64,000 nt of DNA from Pseudovirgaria hyperparasitica (Eukaryota), in NCBI GenBank assembly GCA_010093815.1, contig ML996586.1. One strand, 5' to 3'. Numbering within the stretch: the first letter of the stretch is position 1; every line of letters begins with the position of its first letter. Made by a program: the position numbers and the translations under genes. Of the stretch, positions 12,601 to 26,924 are shown in pieces. The notes beneath the pieces were generated by a model that ran no database searches, was not told the origin of the DNA, and saw nothing but the letters and a program-made list of their open reading frames with translations.

Positions 12601-15600
12601 TCACTTTTACTGATCAGTGTCACGCAAGCCCGCTTGAGTGACGTCGAGTCCACATGAGACATCACTCTTACAACGTGATGATGGACGTAGAGCTTGCCAT
12701 CAACTGACAGAGTTTGCGTGATCATGCCACTCTGAAGCGGTGTCGCCACATAACAATGCTGAACATCGTTCTCGGCAGTGAGTAGCCCAGCAGATAGAAG
12801 CTGAGATTTGAGGGTCTGGGAGGATATATTGTCTGACTCGAGCGTAGAGGGGCGCGACTGTTCGTTTCTGCCATCGTAATTTTCCCCGGAGTCTTCATTC
12901 CCGTTCAAACTGTCGTTCACTCCGCCACTCGCATTCCCACTTCGCTTTCTATTGGTGCGGGGAATAGAACTGTACTCTTCGCCTATATTCTCTTTCGCTT
13001 TCTGCTTTATTTCCATCAAGGCCTTGATACTTCCAGATCGGATCACATCAGCCGAAGACATCTGAAATCCTTGTTTGCGCAGCTGCTGCGAAAACCTAAT
13101 CGCAACAATGGAATCAATGCCCAGATGAATGAACAGGGTGCGCTTTCCGATCTGTTCTGGAGGCACAGAGCAGAATGTTGATACCAGGTCTCGGAGCTGG
13201 CTTTCTTCTACACTCCATTCCTCGCCATTTGTAGCTGATTCCTCATTGCTGCTGTCGTCTGGAATATGCGCAGGCTCGGTAATACCTAGATCACGCAGAT
13301 AAATTTCAGAACCATCAGAGATGTCGTTAACGAGCATCTCGATATTCTTAAGGAACTCCCTTGCCCTTGTGGCATCGCCAAAGGCACCCGTGAAGCCAAG
13401 ACCAGCTTTGATTATATCGTTACTAGAATCGATTTCGAATTCAACTGCAAGCGCATAGTCGACAGAAATGGAATTTTCCACTTGTCTCCATGGTGACGTG
13501 CCCTCGTATATTCCACCTCCGAGTACCACAGAGAAGAGACAATCGTACAGAGGCCTGTTAGCTCCCACCCATCTTTGAATGTCACGTGGGGAGGTATGTT
13601 GAAACTCAAGGGCCTGGGCGCCGCTGGACTGCAGGCTAGAGAGTAAGTCCGTAATAGTGCGGGAACCAAATTCTCGAATGTTTGCTCGTTGAGGAATAGT
13701 CGTGATGCATGGGAATATCAACTTATCCGATCCATCCACTGAGCCCGTACGCCCGGAGAGGACATGTCCAAAGATAACATCATCCGAGTCCTGTGCTTGG
13801 GCTAATGATAGCGCATATGCACCTTGAAGTAGAGTTGACAAAGTGAGCTTCATAGGTCTCACAAGGTCCTCTAACTTGGAGAGGCTGCGCTCAAATGTCC
13901 GTGATACCTCGCTAAGGTGAGTGTCTGTCGAGTCACCAAGTAACTTTGTTCGTTGCCAATTCGACATAGAATTTGTCCAAAACTCTTTTGCGCGACCTGC
14001 ATCCAAAGAAGTAATGTACTCGACCATCTGTCTTGGTCCAGGTCTACTTGAAATTTGCTTCGACTCATAGAGATCGCGAAGATCCTTGAAAAGCGAGGTC
14101 AAAGATATGCCATCATATATCGCGTGATGAATAGATACACACGCACAATACCGACTAGTGCTTGTAGATTGCCAAACGGATACGCGAAGAGGTGCCTCGG
14201 TTGTGATTTTGCTCGTAATATCTTGGTTGTGAATGTCTGAAAGGAAGTCGTATCGGGTTTTTTGATCCAGTACAATGTCTAAATTGTCATGAACTGTCCA
14301 GTTTAACGGAGCATACTCAGCCTTGATAGCAATTTGATAGACATGGTCGTTCTTCAGGACGAATATGGTTCGCAGTATGCTATTCCTCGATACAATCTCC
14401 CGAAGAGCGTTCTCAAGCTTTGCAACGTCCACGCCCTCTTCCAATTCTAGAAGGATGTTGTTGATGTATGACCCATCTGTCGCATCAATCAAAGAGCTCG
14501 CGATCAGAGTTTCCTGCAAGGGCATACAAGGTAAGATATACTCAATTTCATTCTGTGGGACAGGGAGTCCCTCCTGGTGGAACAATTCTTGTTCGTTCTG
14601 CGATATGAGGTCGCGTGCTTTCGCAAGGGAAGCCTCCCTGGCCGTCTTTGTCGCCGCATCAGATCTGGGATAGGTAGCCACGTCTTCAATCGTGGGGTTC
14701 TGCATAAGTTTTGCTACACTGCAGCTATAGCCCATAGCTCTGAGCTTGGTGAATATACTGATAGCAGCGAGACTATCAACTCCAAGTTCGAACAGAGTCG
14801 TGCTGGGGGCTACATTATCACTTCCTTTGGGAATAACTTCTTTGATAATATCGCGAATCGCAGTTTCCTCATCATTCAGCATGCTGTTTGTTTTATCATC
14901 ATGGCGGCCTAGGTTCCCGTGAAATATGCTGAGAGAGATACCGAAGAATATTTTTGTGAGTAGCTTGTTCTCAGCTTTTCCAGAGGTGACAGCGAGAGGT
15001 ACATAGCTAAGCGGGACAATTAAATCTGGAACCATGTATGCAGCAAGTGACTTGCGACATAGAGCCCTCAGGGTGTTATTGATATCTTTGACTGTGTCAT
15101 CTAGAACCGTTGGCGGCTCGGGGTTCTGTTTTGTATTTGACCTGGACGTTGCAATGAAGGACACTAGCTGTAATCTTGAACTATCAGGGTGCCTCAACAC
15201 CAATGAAGCAACATCAATAGGGTCTCGGGAAGCCATACGAACACCCTCGGACACTTCACCAAGCTCTACTCGCTGTCCGCGAATCTTGACCTGGTCATCT
15301 TTCCTCCCAAGGAACTGAATGCTGGAATCAGGCATCATGCGAACTATGTCACCTGTTCTATACATGCGTGATCCTCGGAAATCATCCACGAAGCCTTTCG
15401 CATCTGGCCGGTTGTGATATCCGTTTGCAATAAGGCTGCCAGTGAAACAGAGCTCGCCGGGCATACCACGTTTGACATACTGTTCTGAATTTGGTACCAA
15501 CACATGTGCTCTACTATCACCTAGTGGTGAGCCGATATTGCTGGGATTGGAGTCCGGGAGCAACTTTGTAGAACAAAGGCCAATCGTAGCTTCTGTTGGA

Positions 15601-18600
15601 CCATATGCATTTATGAGGCCGACCCTGTCATGAGCACCCCAGAGCTTTTTCGTCTTCTGAGACATCTTCTCGCCACCTACACCGAGATAGTGTAAATATG
15701 GCGCGTCATCTGGCGTTAATCCGGTCTGATCGAGCAACGATGGGACGAAGCTGGCATGTGAAATTCTAAGTACTCGTAAGGCAAGGGCCAGGTCGTCTAG
15801 AAGGATCGTTCGCGAAGCAGATGTAGCACAAAGTCCATGTTTCCAAGCAAGAAACATTTCTCCAATGTGAACATCAAAGGCGCGGCTGGCAAGACAAAGG
15901 TAGGCTCCTTTACCTCCTAGATTTCTGGTAGCGGGGACAACTTCACAGATAAAGTCAGACTGGGCTTCAGTAAAAGCGCTCAGGTTACCACGGCTGACCA
16001 TGACACCCTTCGGTCTGCCCGTAGAGCCAGATGTATAGAGGAGGTAGGAATTATCGTCAAGGTTTTCTTCATTTGTGTCATTCGTCTCCTGTTCGTCGCT
16101 CTCATCTAAGCAGCGCTCAATATCATCATCGTTGCTACCGATCACTTTGCAGGCATACGGGATAACAACGTCATCGAGAAGCCCTTCAGTGCTGAAGATT
16201 AGTGTTGCACCACTGTCCTCAAGGAGAAAGGACTTTCGTTCAGCGGGGAAGCTCTCTTCTATTGGAACGTAACAGTTTGAAGATTTCATAATTCCAATCG
16301 CCACGGCAAAAGACCATAGGGTCCTACCCATACAGACAGCGATGGCCTTCCGGTGGGCATTCTTTGTGCGTAAAAATCGTGCAACCCGCTCTGCAGCTGC
16401 ATTAAGCTCACTGTAAGTCCAGCATACAGAGTCCGCATGAGTATCATGGATCTGGCTAGCAATCTCTACAGCTTTCCAATCTGGCTGTATTTCCGCCCAG
16501 TGTTCAACCCAATAGGTCGGGGAAACGGTAACAGGAAATTTTCTCGTTTCTCTGTGTGGTGTGATTGACAATAGTTCTTCTGGGAGAAAGGAAGTGAGGT
16601 GTTCAATGGGCTTATCAACATGATACACCATGGCAGTGACTAATGCATCAAGCTGTTTGCAGAGTAGCTGCTGTTGTTCATCAGATACTATACTCTGGTC
16701 GACAGAAAGTTCAAAATGTAGCTTTTCTGCCTTGGGCCATACGTGCAGCACCAATGGATGCTCAACAGAGAGGTCAAGCATATCCGGTGTCTGGGTCCAC
16801 AAAGAGGGTTTTCCGTCTTTCTCATCAACGGGTTCGTTCTCAACATTAAAAATGTAAAGTGCCGGATAGAGTATATCGTTGGAATCTTGGCCCAAGGCTT
16901 CTTTGACTACTCGTGGTCTGACTGAACGGTTTGCCATGACACTCCTGTAAAGCTGACTCTGGGTCTTTAAGACATCACTCATGAGCCCTGGCATCTTTCT
17001 GAACGGAACAGGTATCGTCGAAACAAGGGGTCCAATAGCCGTCGCAAGATCAGGGTGCACAACGCGCTCGTCCACTACCTCTCCAAGTAGTACGTTCTCT
17101 TTTTCTAGCATCTCCGAGAGCAGGAGACACCATGCAAGTCGGATTATCGTTGAGGCCGACGTCATGTGAAACCTTGAAGCTACGTCGCGAATCTTTTGGT
17201 AACTCAAGCTACTCTCAAATTCTTGCGTCCGGTGTACGATGTTGTCGTCAGAGTTTGACTTGCTTCGGAGGCCGACAAGGCCGTCTGCTTCATCATTATC
17301 AGAGAATCCATGAAGCGTCTTTCGCCAGAATGTATTGCAATTTTCTTGGCTGTCAAGAACGGAGGACTGTCTGACGGCGTCTTCCAATTGAGTACGTTTG
17401 GTCGGTTTTGAGAGACCGTCGTAGTACCTCTGCAAATCTTCCATGACGAAGCTTAACGATGGTCCATCAAAGACCGAGTGGTGTATACTGAACAGCATTG
17501 TTCGGCCCTCTTCATGTTTGAAGATGGTTACGGCCCACAATGGGCGCGAATACATTTCTTCATGATGCTTTACGTATAGTTCGTTGGCGCGTCTCTTTGC
17601 AGACTCTTGCGAAAAATCAGTCACTTCACGTTCTGACCAGTCGATATTCGCATCTTGATGTATCACTTGTAGGAATGTCAGAGCATGATCCTGAACAGCG
17701 CTCGGGGCGTTGGCGACACTAGCTGTGGCGAGAAAAGTAGTACGTAAAGCTGATGTATTAGAAGCCAGGTTTTCCCATGCAGCTCGAAGACGGGGCATGT
17801 CGATCTCTGAGCCTAGAGAAGAGGCGCGGTGAATCCAGTATGCTTGCGGCGATCGCAATGTCTCGCTGAGGATATTCTCCTGTATGACTAAAGCTGGAGC
17901 AACTGTGAAGGCGCCTCCTCTTGTAATATGACGCTTGACTGGATCATGCCAGTCACTATTAAATCCGGCTAGCGAACTCTTTGTCGCATTTCCATCAGCA
18001 TTCGATGATGACGACTTTGCTGCTAGATCTGCCAGAGTACGGGAACTAAGAGCTTCCATGACAGATATCGAGGAACCAGTTTTTCTTAGACGAGCAACGA
18101 GGCGAATTGCTCGGATGGAATCGAGGCCAAGAGCAGCAAGACTACTAGAAGGCCCAAGCGAGGACCTTGTAACTCCGGTAAGGTTGGCCACTATTTCGAT
18201 AAGGCTTTCGTGTTTCGCTGGCCATGCGCTAAAGTCACTGGCCGTCGATGCTCCTTCTCCCTCTATCAGGGATCTCCATTTAGAAAGGTCGCTAAAATGT
18301 AGGAGCCTGATGAGGGCTTTGCGATCGATCTTGTTGGAAACACTATGGGGTATGCGGTTTACCATGAGGTAGATATTCGGTAGCATAGCTTCGGGTAATT
18401 CCAACTCCGCCGACCTAGCAATCTCTTTTGCAAGAACAGCTGCTCTTGGATTTATGAGAGCTCTCAGATCCTGGGTATCCGCGAACTCCGGACTGACGAC
18501 AAAGGCTGCAAGTATATTCTCATCACCAGATGTGTCCGTAGGCGCACAAAACAAAACAGCAGCATTTTCAACAGAGCTATGACATTCCTGTATCGAATAT

Positions 18601-21600
18601 GCGATTTCACTAAGCTCCATACGGATGCCCCTGATCTTGATTAGATCGTCTTCTCGCCCAACGAACTCAAAAGTGCCATCGGAAAGCTGGCGAACCATAT
18701 CTCCAGTGAGATAGACTCGCCTGTCCAACATCGTATTGTAGACGAACTTCTTTGCAGCAATTTCTGGATCTTTGAAGTAACCGGGCGATAATTGTACCCC
18801 AGACAGTGCAAGCTCTCCTTGAGCACCTCTGAGGACAGGCTTCCCGTCTTTAAGGACATACGCTCCGACGGTCGGTAGCGGGAGCCCTATGTTGGAGCTG
18901 TTGTGCAAGTCACCATCTGCGCCGAATTGACGCATCGTTGACACAATCGTTGCTTCCGCTGGTCCATAGGTGTTGTAGGCTCTAGTACCCTGACTCCAAT
19001 CATCTGCGATAGATTGCGATAGCTTTTCCCCAATCATGGTCACGACCTCCACCGTGTTGAAATCTTTGCGTGAGAGTGTACCAGCAAATGCAGGTGTGCA
19101 GTGGATATGCGTCACCCTCGTTGCATTGCAAAGTTCCGTGATAGAGCCAAGAAGGATCTCACGCGTCGAAGAAATGACGGCTCCTCCCACTGCCCATGTG
19201 TAAAAAAGGTCTTGGACGAAGACATCAAAAGTGAAGCCGGAGAATTGGAGGCATCGAACTTGACCTCCTTTGACATCCGTGGGAATAGCGTGTGCTAGGG
19301 CCTTGATTGCTGCTACTGCAGACTTGTGCGTGATTGGCACGCCTTTTGGGGGTCCAGTGGTCCCTGATGTAAATATCATGTACGCCATATCGTCTTCAGA
19401 TATTTGCGGTGGATCAACGGCTGGTGTGGTACTATTTCGAGGGTTAACATTAAGGTCCTGGGAGGAGAGGTCTACAATAATAACCCCACCGGGAACAGAA
19501 TCAGGCGTGCACGACTCATGAACAAGCACTATTGGCCCGCCTGATCTTGCGATAAGCTCTCGTTTCCTGTTGGAGGGAAATGTAGCATCGATTGAGCACC
19601 AAGCAGCTCCTGCTTTCAGAAGAGCCAGGATGGCGATGTACAGCTTTGGGCATTTATCCATGCAGATAGGAACTATACACTTTCTCAGAGAGCCATATTT
19701 CTGTACGAGGATACCAGCCAGATTCGTAGCTCTCAAATCAAGCTCTTCATACGTCCACTGGGTAACATTGCTGGCGTTGTTAAGCTGCGCTTGAAACTCA
19801 AAAGCTACTTTTGACGATGATCCAGTGATGTTCCGCTGGAAGAGATCGTGCAACAAGATCTCAGATGTATTCTGCGTGTTGCAAGCCTCTACTGGGTATA
19901 TTGATAAAGTACTTTTTTGGCCTGCAAATTGGGCATCAAGGAACCGTGCTGCCGGATTCTCTAAGAGCCAAGTGATAATGTCCCCAAACTGTACCAGTAG
20001 CATTGATGCTGCTGATGGATTGAGGTGCGCATTCTTATACGTGACTCGAAGTTGTAGCTCGTCTTTCTCCTGTGGAAAGATCTCAAGCATGATCGGAATG
20101 TCTGCGTTCATTGCAGGTGTCTCCACAGGTCCCCACAGAGCCTGCGCATTAGATGCTTGCGTAAAAGCCTGAAATGCTAGTGTGGTATCGTATAGCATAG
20201 TATTTTCTGTGGTTCTTAGTGCGTCAAGTGGCATTTGATGGTGATTGATAGCTTCGGAGCTATGCTTCGTCAAGCGTTGTAGCACATCAGATACCCTATC
20301 GTCGGCTTTCGCTCTTACTCTTAATGGAACTATTGCATGTGTCAAGGCGATACAGTTGGTAAGGTCTTCATTTAGTCGATCAGACACGATACTGCCCATG
20401 GCTACATCAGTGGAGTATCCACTAAAGGCCATGAGAATTATGCTCCAGGCTGCTTGTAGAGTTGCGAGCGGTGAAGCTTTAAGTTTTCTGGCGCCTTGGA
20501 TCAACGACGAGAAACTCAACTTCGCAGTAGTCTCTGTCACCATCGAGTCTGAGGATACTAGGGACGGCCTCGCATATGATAAGCAAGGAAATTTAACCGG
20601 AGTGAAGTCTTGAAATTGGGCTTTCCAATAGTCTGCTGCGTCAATGTGGTCGGCGTCAAAATGTCTAGCGACGGCGATATCGACCGTTGTCCTCTTTGTG
20701 ATGTCACGATTATGGTAACGTTCCCACACAGCTTCTTCGAGTAGTTGCATAGATCCGCCGTCGAATATTGCATGGCATTGGCTCAATATAATAACCGTGG
20801 TACCATTCTCCGATATAAAAGAGAGAATCCAGGGAGGCTCTGTGAGGTCGATCTTTCTCTCAATATCCATGATGATAGTATCCAGAGTCTTGTTTGCTGA
20901 TCTGGACGAATTTTCAATGACCCTCGATCGTGCATCTGAAAATTTTGAACTGGGACTTAGAATACACTGAGCGAATGGCGAGAGCGCGTCGTCGACCTCG
21001 GTAAACACGGTGCGGTATATGGGGGCGTCTTGTAACGATGATATCCAGGCCTCCTTCAACTGGTCCATGTCAACATATTGTGCTGGCCGGTATATTGAAT
21101 GCTCAATGAATGCCTTGCGTGACTTTGGTAGGTTTTTGACAAAACTTGCAAGAATACTTGTCTGGATTGCCGTTGTTGGAAGCACATTTTCCAAGTCATC
21201 TGGCGCTAGACCCAGTGTTTTGACACAGTTGGATTCGTGCTTCTGGCGGAAAGCAGCTAAAATCCAGTGTCTTGACGGCGGGGAATAATTACATTGATCA
21301 TGATTTTTCGACTTTGTATGGTATAAATTGGCAATGTTTTTGATAGTTTGGCTCTGCAACACGTCACTGACGGTCAAACCAGTGACTTTATTCATTCGTA
21401 GAAGTTGAAGCAGCCGCACCGTTTGTAGACTGTCGATTCCAAGGCCGATCAAAGGCTCGTTGAGCTTGATGGATTTCACCGGAATACCAAGTAGCTTACC
21501 AATGCAAAGTCGGAGTGTCTCAACCACTTCATCGTCCAAATCTTCATCTAGATTTGTACTTTGATTGTTGCCGAGCTTGGATGTACGATAGTCACTGAAG

Positions 21601-23964
21601 ATCTGCTGAAGGATCGATCTTTTCACCTTGCCTGACGACGTACGCGGTAGGGCATCAACGAAGAAATACTCAGCTGGACGCATATAGGCAGGCAAATTCG
21701 CCTCAGCTATTTGTCGACAATTTGAAAGGAGAATCTCTTCATCAGTGTCAGGCTTGAGAGCGACGCATACTACTGGTCTTTCTGACCCAATAGCAGACTC
21801 ATCATACTTGAAGACTGTCGCAGCCAACTCCCGAATGCCTTCGACGTCGACGAACGCAGCTTCGATATCCCCTAGCTCAGTTCTTCTGCCACTTAATTTG
21901 ACTTGATCGTCATTCAATCTGCCCTGAAAGTCCACAACAAGCTGACCAGACGGACTCTGTACAAATCGTGCACGATCTCCTGTTCGATACATGCGACCAA
22001 ACTCAGGGCTCGTCACGAAGGCTTTTGCGGTCAGGTCAGGTCGATTGTGATAGCCTTCGCTAAGCTGAGGGCCTCCAATAGCAAGCTCGCCTGAAAAGCC
22101 CATAGGGAGTATGGTCGTACCTGCAGCTTTAGGATCTATTATAAACAGGGAACATGTCTCAAACGGGGTACCAACGACAGTCCGTCTGTCGTTGACCAAT
22201 ATATCAACGGAAGCTGTGCAATGTATAGCAGCTTCAGTCGGTCCATAAATATTGGTCAAGCCCTCGTAAGACAACCCATCTTTGAATGTACTAGATCGTG
22301 CTGGTGAGTCACGCGCGAAGCTCTGGACAACTTTGGGATTTATAACTTCCCCAGATACCCAGAGGCACCTTAAACTAGGTACATTTTCAGGATGCAGTAC
22401 ACTAGCCAGACTTGGAGTTGTAAAGACGATGTTTCCAGAGAGCTCGTTGATAGTACCTTCTGGATCAGTGAGGGTGAGTTCGCGATGACTCGAACACAAA
22501 GTGGCGCCAGTGGACCATGTTAGGAACATTTCCACCACCGATGGATCAAATGTTGTTGGTGCCATCTGAAACCACCGAAACTCATGAGCGTACCAGCTGT
22601 CACTAAGGAGTCGCTCATGAGAACTAATGGTAATAGTTGCAGCGAGATGGGATATCCGGACACCTTTTGGGCTCCCTGTAGATCCACTTGTAGACATAAC
22701 ATACGCCAAGTCTGTACCAAGTACATCGACTGATCTTCTGACAGCATGTTGGTCCTGAGGCAGCGATCTCCAGTCTGCGAAGACTTCTTCGACGTCGATC
22801 CAATGTAATGAATCGAGGTACTTTTGGCCTGACTGTTCATCTGCAGCCAGTACCCTTTGGCTTGACCTTTTGCCACAACCAAGTGCAATTGATGCAGATA
22901 TGTCCTGAAATACGCCATGTATCCGCGAGTTCGGGGCGTCAAGGGGTATAGGACAGAAAGCAAAGCCGGCTTTCAAAACAGCGAGCCAGGAGACATAGAA
23001 TGATACAGATGTAGAAGCACAGAACGGAATGATAGGTTGACACTGATGAGAATTTTTAGAAAAGTGTTCTAGGAGCTTAGCACTGAGATAGCTCGAGACG
23101 GAGTCTAGCTCAGCATACGACAAGATCTCATGAATTGCAGGTCTGGCAGATGTTTTGGCATGACTGAGGAAATCCAGTGCAATCCGGTCCGGATATTGCT
23201 TTGCTCGACGCTCGAATGCAGTATGCAGTCCAATCGGAGGTTTCCCTTCCGACCAGTTTGCATCTTGTCGGAGGAGCGGTGGCTCTGGATGAGGCGGGTA
23301 ATTGATTACCGACCTCCTCAAAGTCACACCGCTCTGTCCAAGATATGACAAGAGAGAAGCAAAGACAGAAGAGGCGATTTTCACGGGCATCAATGCACAG
23401 TCATATCGCAAACGAATCCTGCTTCGGCAAATCTCGATAACCAAACACTGTATATCGGTATCAGTTGTGTGTCCTATAGCAAAGCTCTAGATAGCATGAA
23501 CAGTAGATGATGCAACTTACTGCATTGGAAGGACTATAGTTCTGGAGATCATTGCATTCTTGAACCGTGGGCAGGCTCAACACAAACCCAGGGCTGCAGG
23601 AGTCTGAGACATTGCTCCAATCATGGCGAGTCATATCGATGATAGGGCTGTGATTTGCGCCGGGGGAACTGATAGGGCTGTCTGGCTCGCATGTTGCTAC
23701 GATACAAAAGTGTTTAAAATTGCTAGACCCGGAATAACCGTAGGTCAACTCGAAGCATAGTTCTCTCAAGCCAGTGAATGCAAAGAGGAATCGAACGAAA
23801 GCATTGATACTCTCGTCTTCTGAGCGGGAAGCAAATGCCTCTCCCAAGTCGTGCTCCAAGTATGCAAAGTTATGTGCAGCTCGCTCATTATTCACAGACA
23901 GCTTTGATGAATTCAATACCGAGTTTAGGGAGGGGACTGGCGTCAGATATAATGACGTAGCCAT
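9699..23964 (-). CDS. Ferrichrome-family siderophore NRPS (SidC/NPS1/SidN lineage), A-T-C-A-T-C-A-T-C-T-C-T-C, ~4730 aa
   Basis: Three A domains (TSGSTGSPKG, TSGTTGPPKG, TSGSTGRPKG; YGP(T/A)E; TGD), five T domains (GIDSL, GLDSI, GVDSL, GIDSI, GLDSI) and five C domains (CHAIFDG, HHSVFDG, HHAIYDG, HHSLYDG, HHTLYDA). A phase-0 intron at 23520-23448 joins the 148-codon exon 1. Confidence 0.95.
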
Positions 23965-24123
23965 AATCGTAGTTGCCGGAAATGTTTCGCAATGGCGGTG
24001 GAATCAATAAGTTCAAAAGAAGTCAGAGTAAGATTATTGGCCACACGGCATTTTCATTCTTATACTCAAACGACGAATGACTCGTATTATCCGTCTGTAC
24101 ACAGTCACTCGTGGCCAACGATG

Positions 24124-24167
24124 TGTCGAAACGAGTTATGTCGAAACGAGTTATGTCGAAACGAGTT
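24124..24167. repeat. 15-bp tandem repeat (TGTCGAAACGAGTTA) x3 in the NRPS upstream region
   Basis: Read directly; a partial degenerate fourth copy follows. Confidence 0.9.
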
Positions 24168-25095
24168 GAAATCGAGTTTGAGCACCGACAAAGTGAATCC
24201 AGCCCGTACATGGAAGCTGAATACGATGACATGCCGCACTCCCACCATTGATCTTGAACGCCAGGCAATAATTAACTCGTAAAGTGTGTGCATTGACCTA
24301 GTAGCATTAGCAGCTTCAACTAGCGAAGAAGCCTATGACGCGCACGCAACAGAGCCTCCCTTCTCGACATCCTCATGATGGCCAGGACTGTCGAGAGTGT
24401 GCCAGCCAATCGGATCCCGTTCGCATCCTCAGCGCGGGTGGTCGTTATAGGGCGTATAGTGTTAAGCCAGGCGGCGTATGGGAGTGGTAGGTTGGTTTAG
24501 CTTGTTGAATTCTATTTTGCAGCAATACGTGAGTGTGGGTTTTGGACGGTTGGAGTCGTTATTGAAAAATTGAGCTTCGATGACCAATCGATGATCCCCA
24601 GCCCCCACGCTAGATCTTGGTCGCTGGATGGATCATCTGACATCTGACAAGATAAGGAGGATCTCCGACCTACGGCCGCACAAACAGAGAATCACCATTG
24701 GAGGACGACCACTAACTATTATTCTCCACTATTCATCACTATTCTACACGATCGTCCACCTTCCCTCTTCTGTTACCCCCCCCTCCCCCCCCCCTAACGC
24801 TGTTCAGTCAGTCATGCTACACATCCCTATCCTTGTGCCTTCTCTTCTTTGCATTTTGCAACCTTAGCGTTAATACCTAGTCTAATAATTATGCACCGAT
24901 TTCAGTGAGCCATCTATGTATTCCGTTCTGCAATATCGCTCTGGAACCACAGGGTCCACTGTTGGTGCATACGTCAGGCACGGCCGAGCCCCTGGAAAGC
25001 CACTGTCGACATCAAAATCTTCATGAGCTTGTTCATGGGTGGGCAAAGTGACTTTGGATGTGTCTGTTCTGCAGCTTCTTTGACAGTTATAACTC

Positions 25096-26924
25096 ATGTC
25101 GACCTCTGAGGAAGAAAGCACCCGCCAACGGGCATTCCAGTCTCGTCTGCCGTCTCTATCCATTGTTCATGGGCCGTCAAGCCCCCCATTAGTTACATTG
25201 ACTCTTGGAGGACTCCTTGACCTTCAAGTTAGCAAATATGGCCCGCGAGAGTGCCTTGTTGTGCCCTGGACAGGGGCAAGATGGACCTACAATCAGCTAC
25301 GCGACCAAACCATCTTGATTGCCAACTCTCTCTTGGACATGGGCATCCGACCCGGGGACAAGATTGGTGTCATGGCAGGAAACTGTGAACAATTCGTCTC
25401 GCTGTTCTTCGCAACGACAAGAATCGGTGCCATAATCGTACTCCTCAATAACACATACACTGCTGAGGAGGCACAAAACACGCTTCAATATACACGTATG
25501 TTTCTCCCTATACCACTCTTCATCAACTTCCTCCAACGCCCACGCCAGAATGCCGCCTCCTCTTCACGACCCTCCGCATTGGTACGCTTTCGCAAGAACC
25601 GCTTCTTCGTGCTCTCTCAACCCTTCCTGAGCGTACGCCGGTCTTGGAAGAAATCATTCTTCTCACCGGCCCCTCGACCACCCACCGCACCTACACCGAG
25701 CTTGTATCTCACTCTTCCCGCTCACTCAGCCAGCTCACGTCGCTTGAAAAGCAAATCTCCACACACTCGGTCTGCAACATGCAATTCACATCCGGCTCGA
25801 CCGGTGGGCCCAAAGCTGCCATGCTCACCCACCACAACCTCATCAACAACGCCCGCTTCATTGGCGACCGTATGGCTTTGACCGCGCTCGACGTACTCTG
25901 CTGTCCGCCGCCCCTTTTTCATTGCTTCGGCCTCGTGCTCGGCCTCCTCGCCGCCATCACCCACGGCGGCAAGATCGTTTACCCCGCCGAAACATTCTCC
26001 GCCCAGGCCACCCTCGCTGCCCTCGTCGCGGAGTCATGCACCGCGCTCCATGGTGTACCTGCCATGATCGACTCGCTCTTTGCACTCCCGCAACCACCCT
26101 CGTTTCGCGCACAGCTGAGCCTACGCACCGGCATCATCGCCGGTGCCCCAGTGCCTAAGGCGCTGATGCACAAGATGGTGCACGACTGGGGCATGACACA
26201 ATTCACATCCTCCTACGGGCTCACTGAAGCCTCGCCGACCGTCTTCAATGCGTCCACCACGCTGCCCACCGCTCTCAAACTCGCCACCGTGGGCAGCGTC
26301 ATGCCGCACTGCTCGGTCAAACTAATCTCGCGCTCCGGTCGGCCGGTGCCGCGCGGCGTGCGCGGCGAGCTGTGCGTGGCTGGATACCAGCTGTGCAGCG
26401 GGTACTTTAACAACGCGCAGAAGACCCAGGAAGCATTCCGGTTGGACGGCGACGGCGTGTTATGGCTACATACGGGCGATGAGGCAGTGCTGACCGACGA
26501 CGGACTGTGTGCCATAACAGGCCGGTTCAAGGACATTATCATCCGCGGCGGCGAAAACATTTATCCACTAGAGATCGAGGAGCGGCTGTCCGCGCACCCG
26601 AGTGTGGCGCGTGCGGTAGTGACGGGGATCAATCATGAGCATTATGGCGAGGTTGTGGGTGCATTTTTAGAGTTGGAAGAGGGTGCACAGAGACCTGAGG
26701 ATGAGGAAGTCCGTGAGTGGACGCGTGCGGTGCTGGGTCGGCATAAGGCGCCTAGGCATGTGTTTTGGCTGGGTATGAATGGAATTCCGGATACTGTACC
26801 CATTACCGGGAGTGGTAAGGTGCGGAAGTTTGAATTGAGGCAGGCCGGTGAGGAGGCTCTGTCGAGGACAAACGAGGTGGAAGATGTGAAGACGACGGAG
26901 GGTGCAGATCGCGCGAGGTTGTAG
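25096..26924 (+). CDS. sidI: SidI-like acyl-CoA (mevalonyl-CoA) ligase, ~591 aa, PTS1-like C-terminus ARL
   Basis: QFTSGSTGGPKAAMLTH, PPPLFHCFGLVLG, SSYGLTEASP, WLHTGDE, IIRGGENIYPLEIEERL and TGSGKVRK motifs; intron 25496-25548; divergent from the siderophore NRPS. Confidence 0.85.

Noticed and set aside
20755..20785. C1 motif CHAIFDG as an inactive condensation domain
   Set aside because: The second (catalytic) His and the Asp are retained; variation at the first His is common.
24406..24603. CCAAT boxes as CBC-HapX bipartite sites
   Set aside because: The RWT element 12 nt downstream is missing at both 24406 and 24584.
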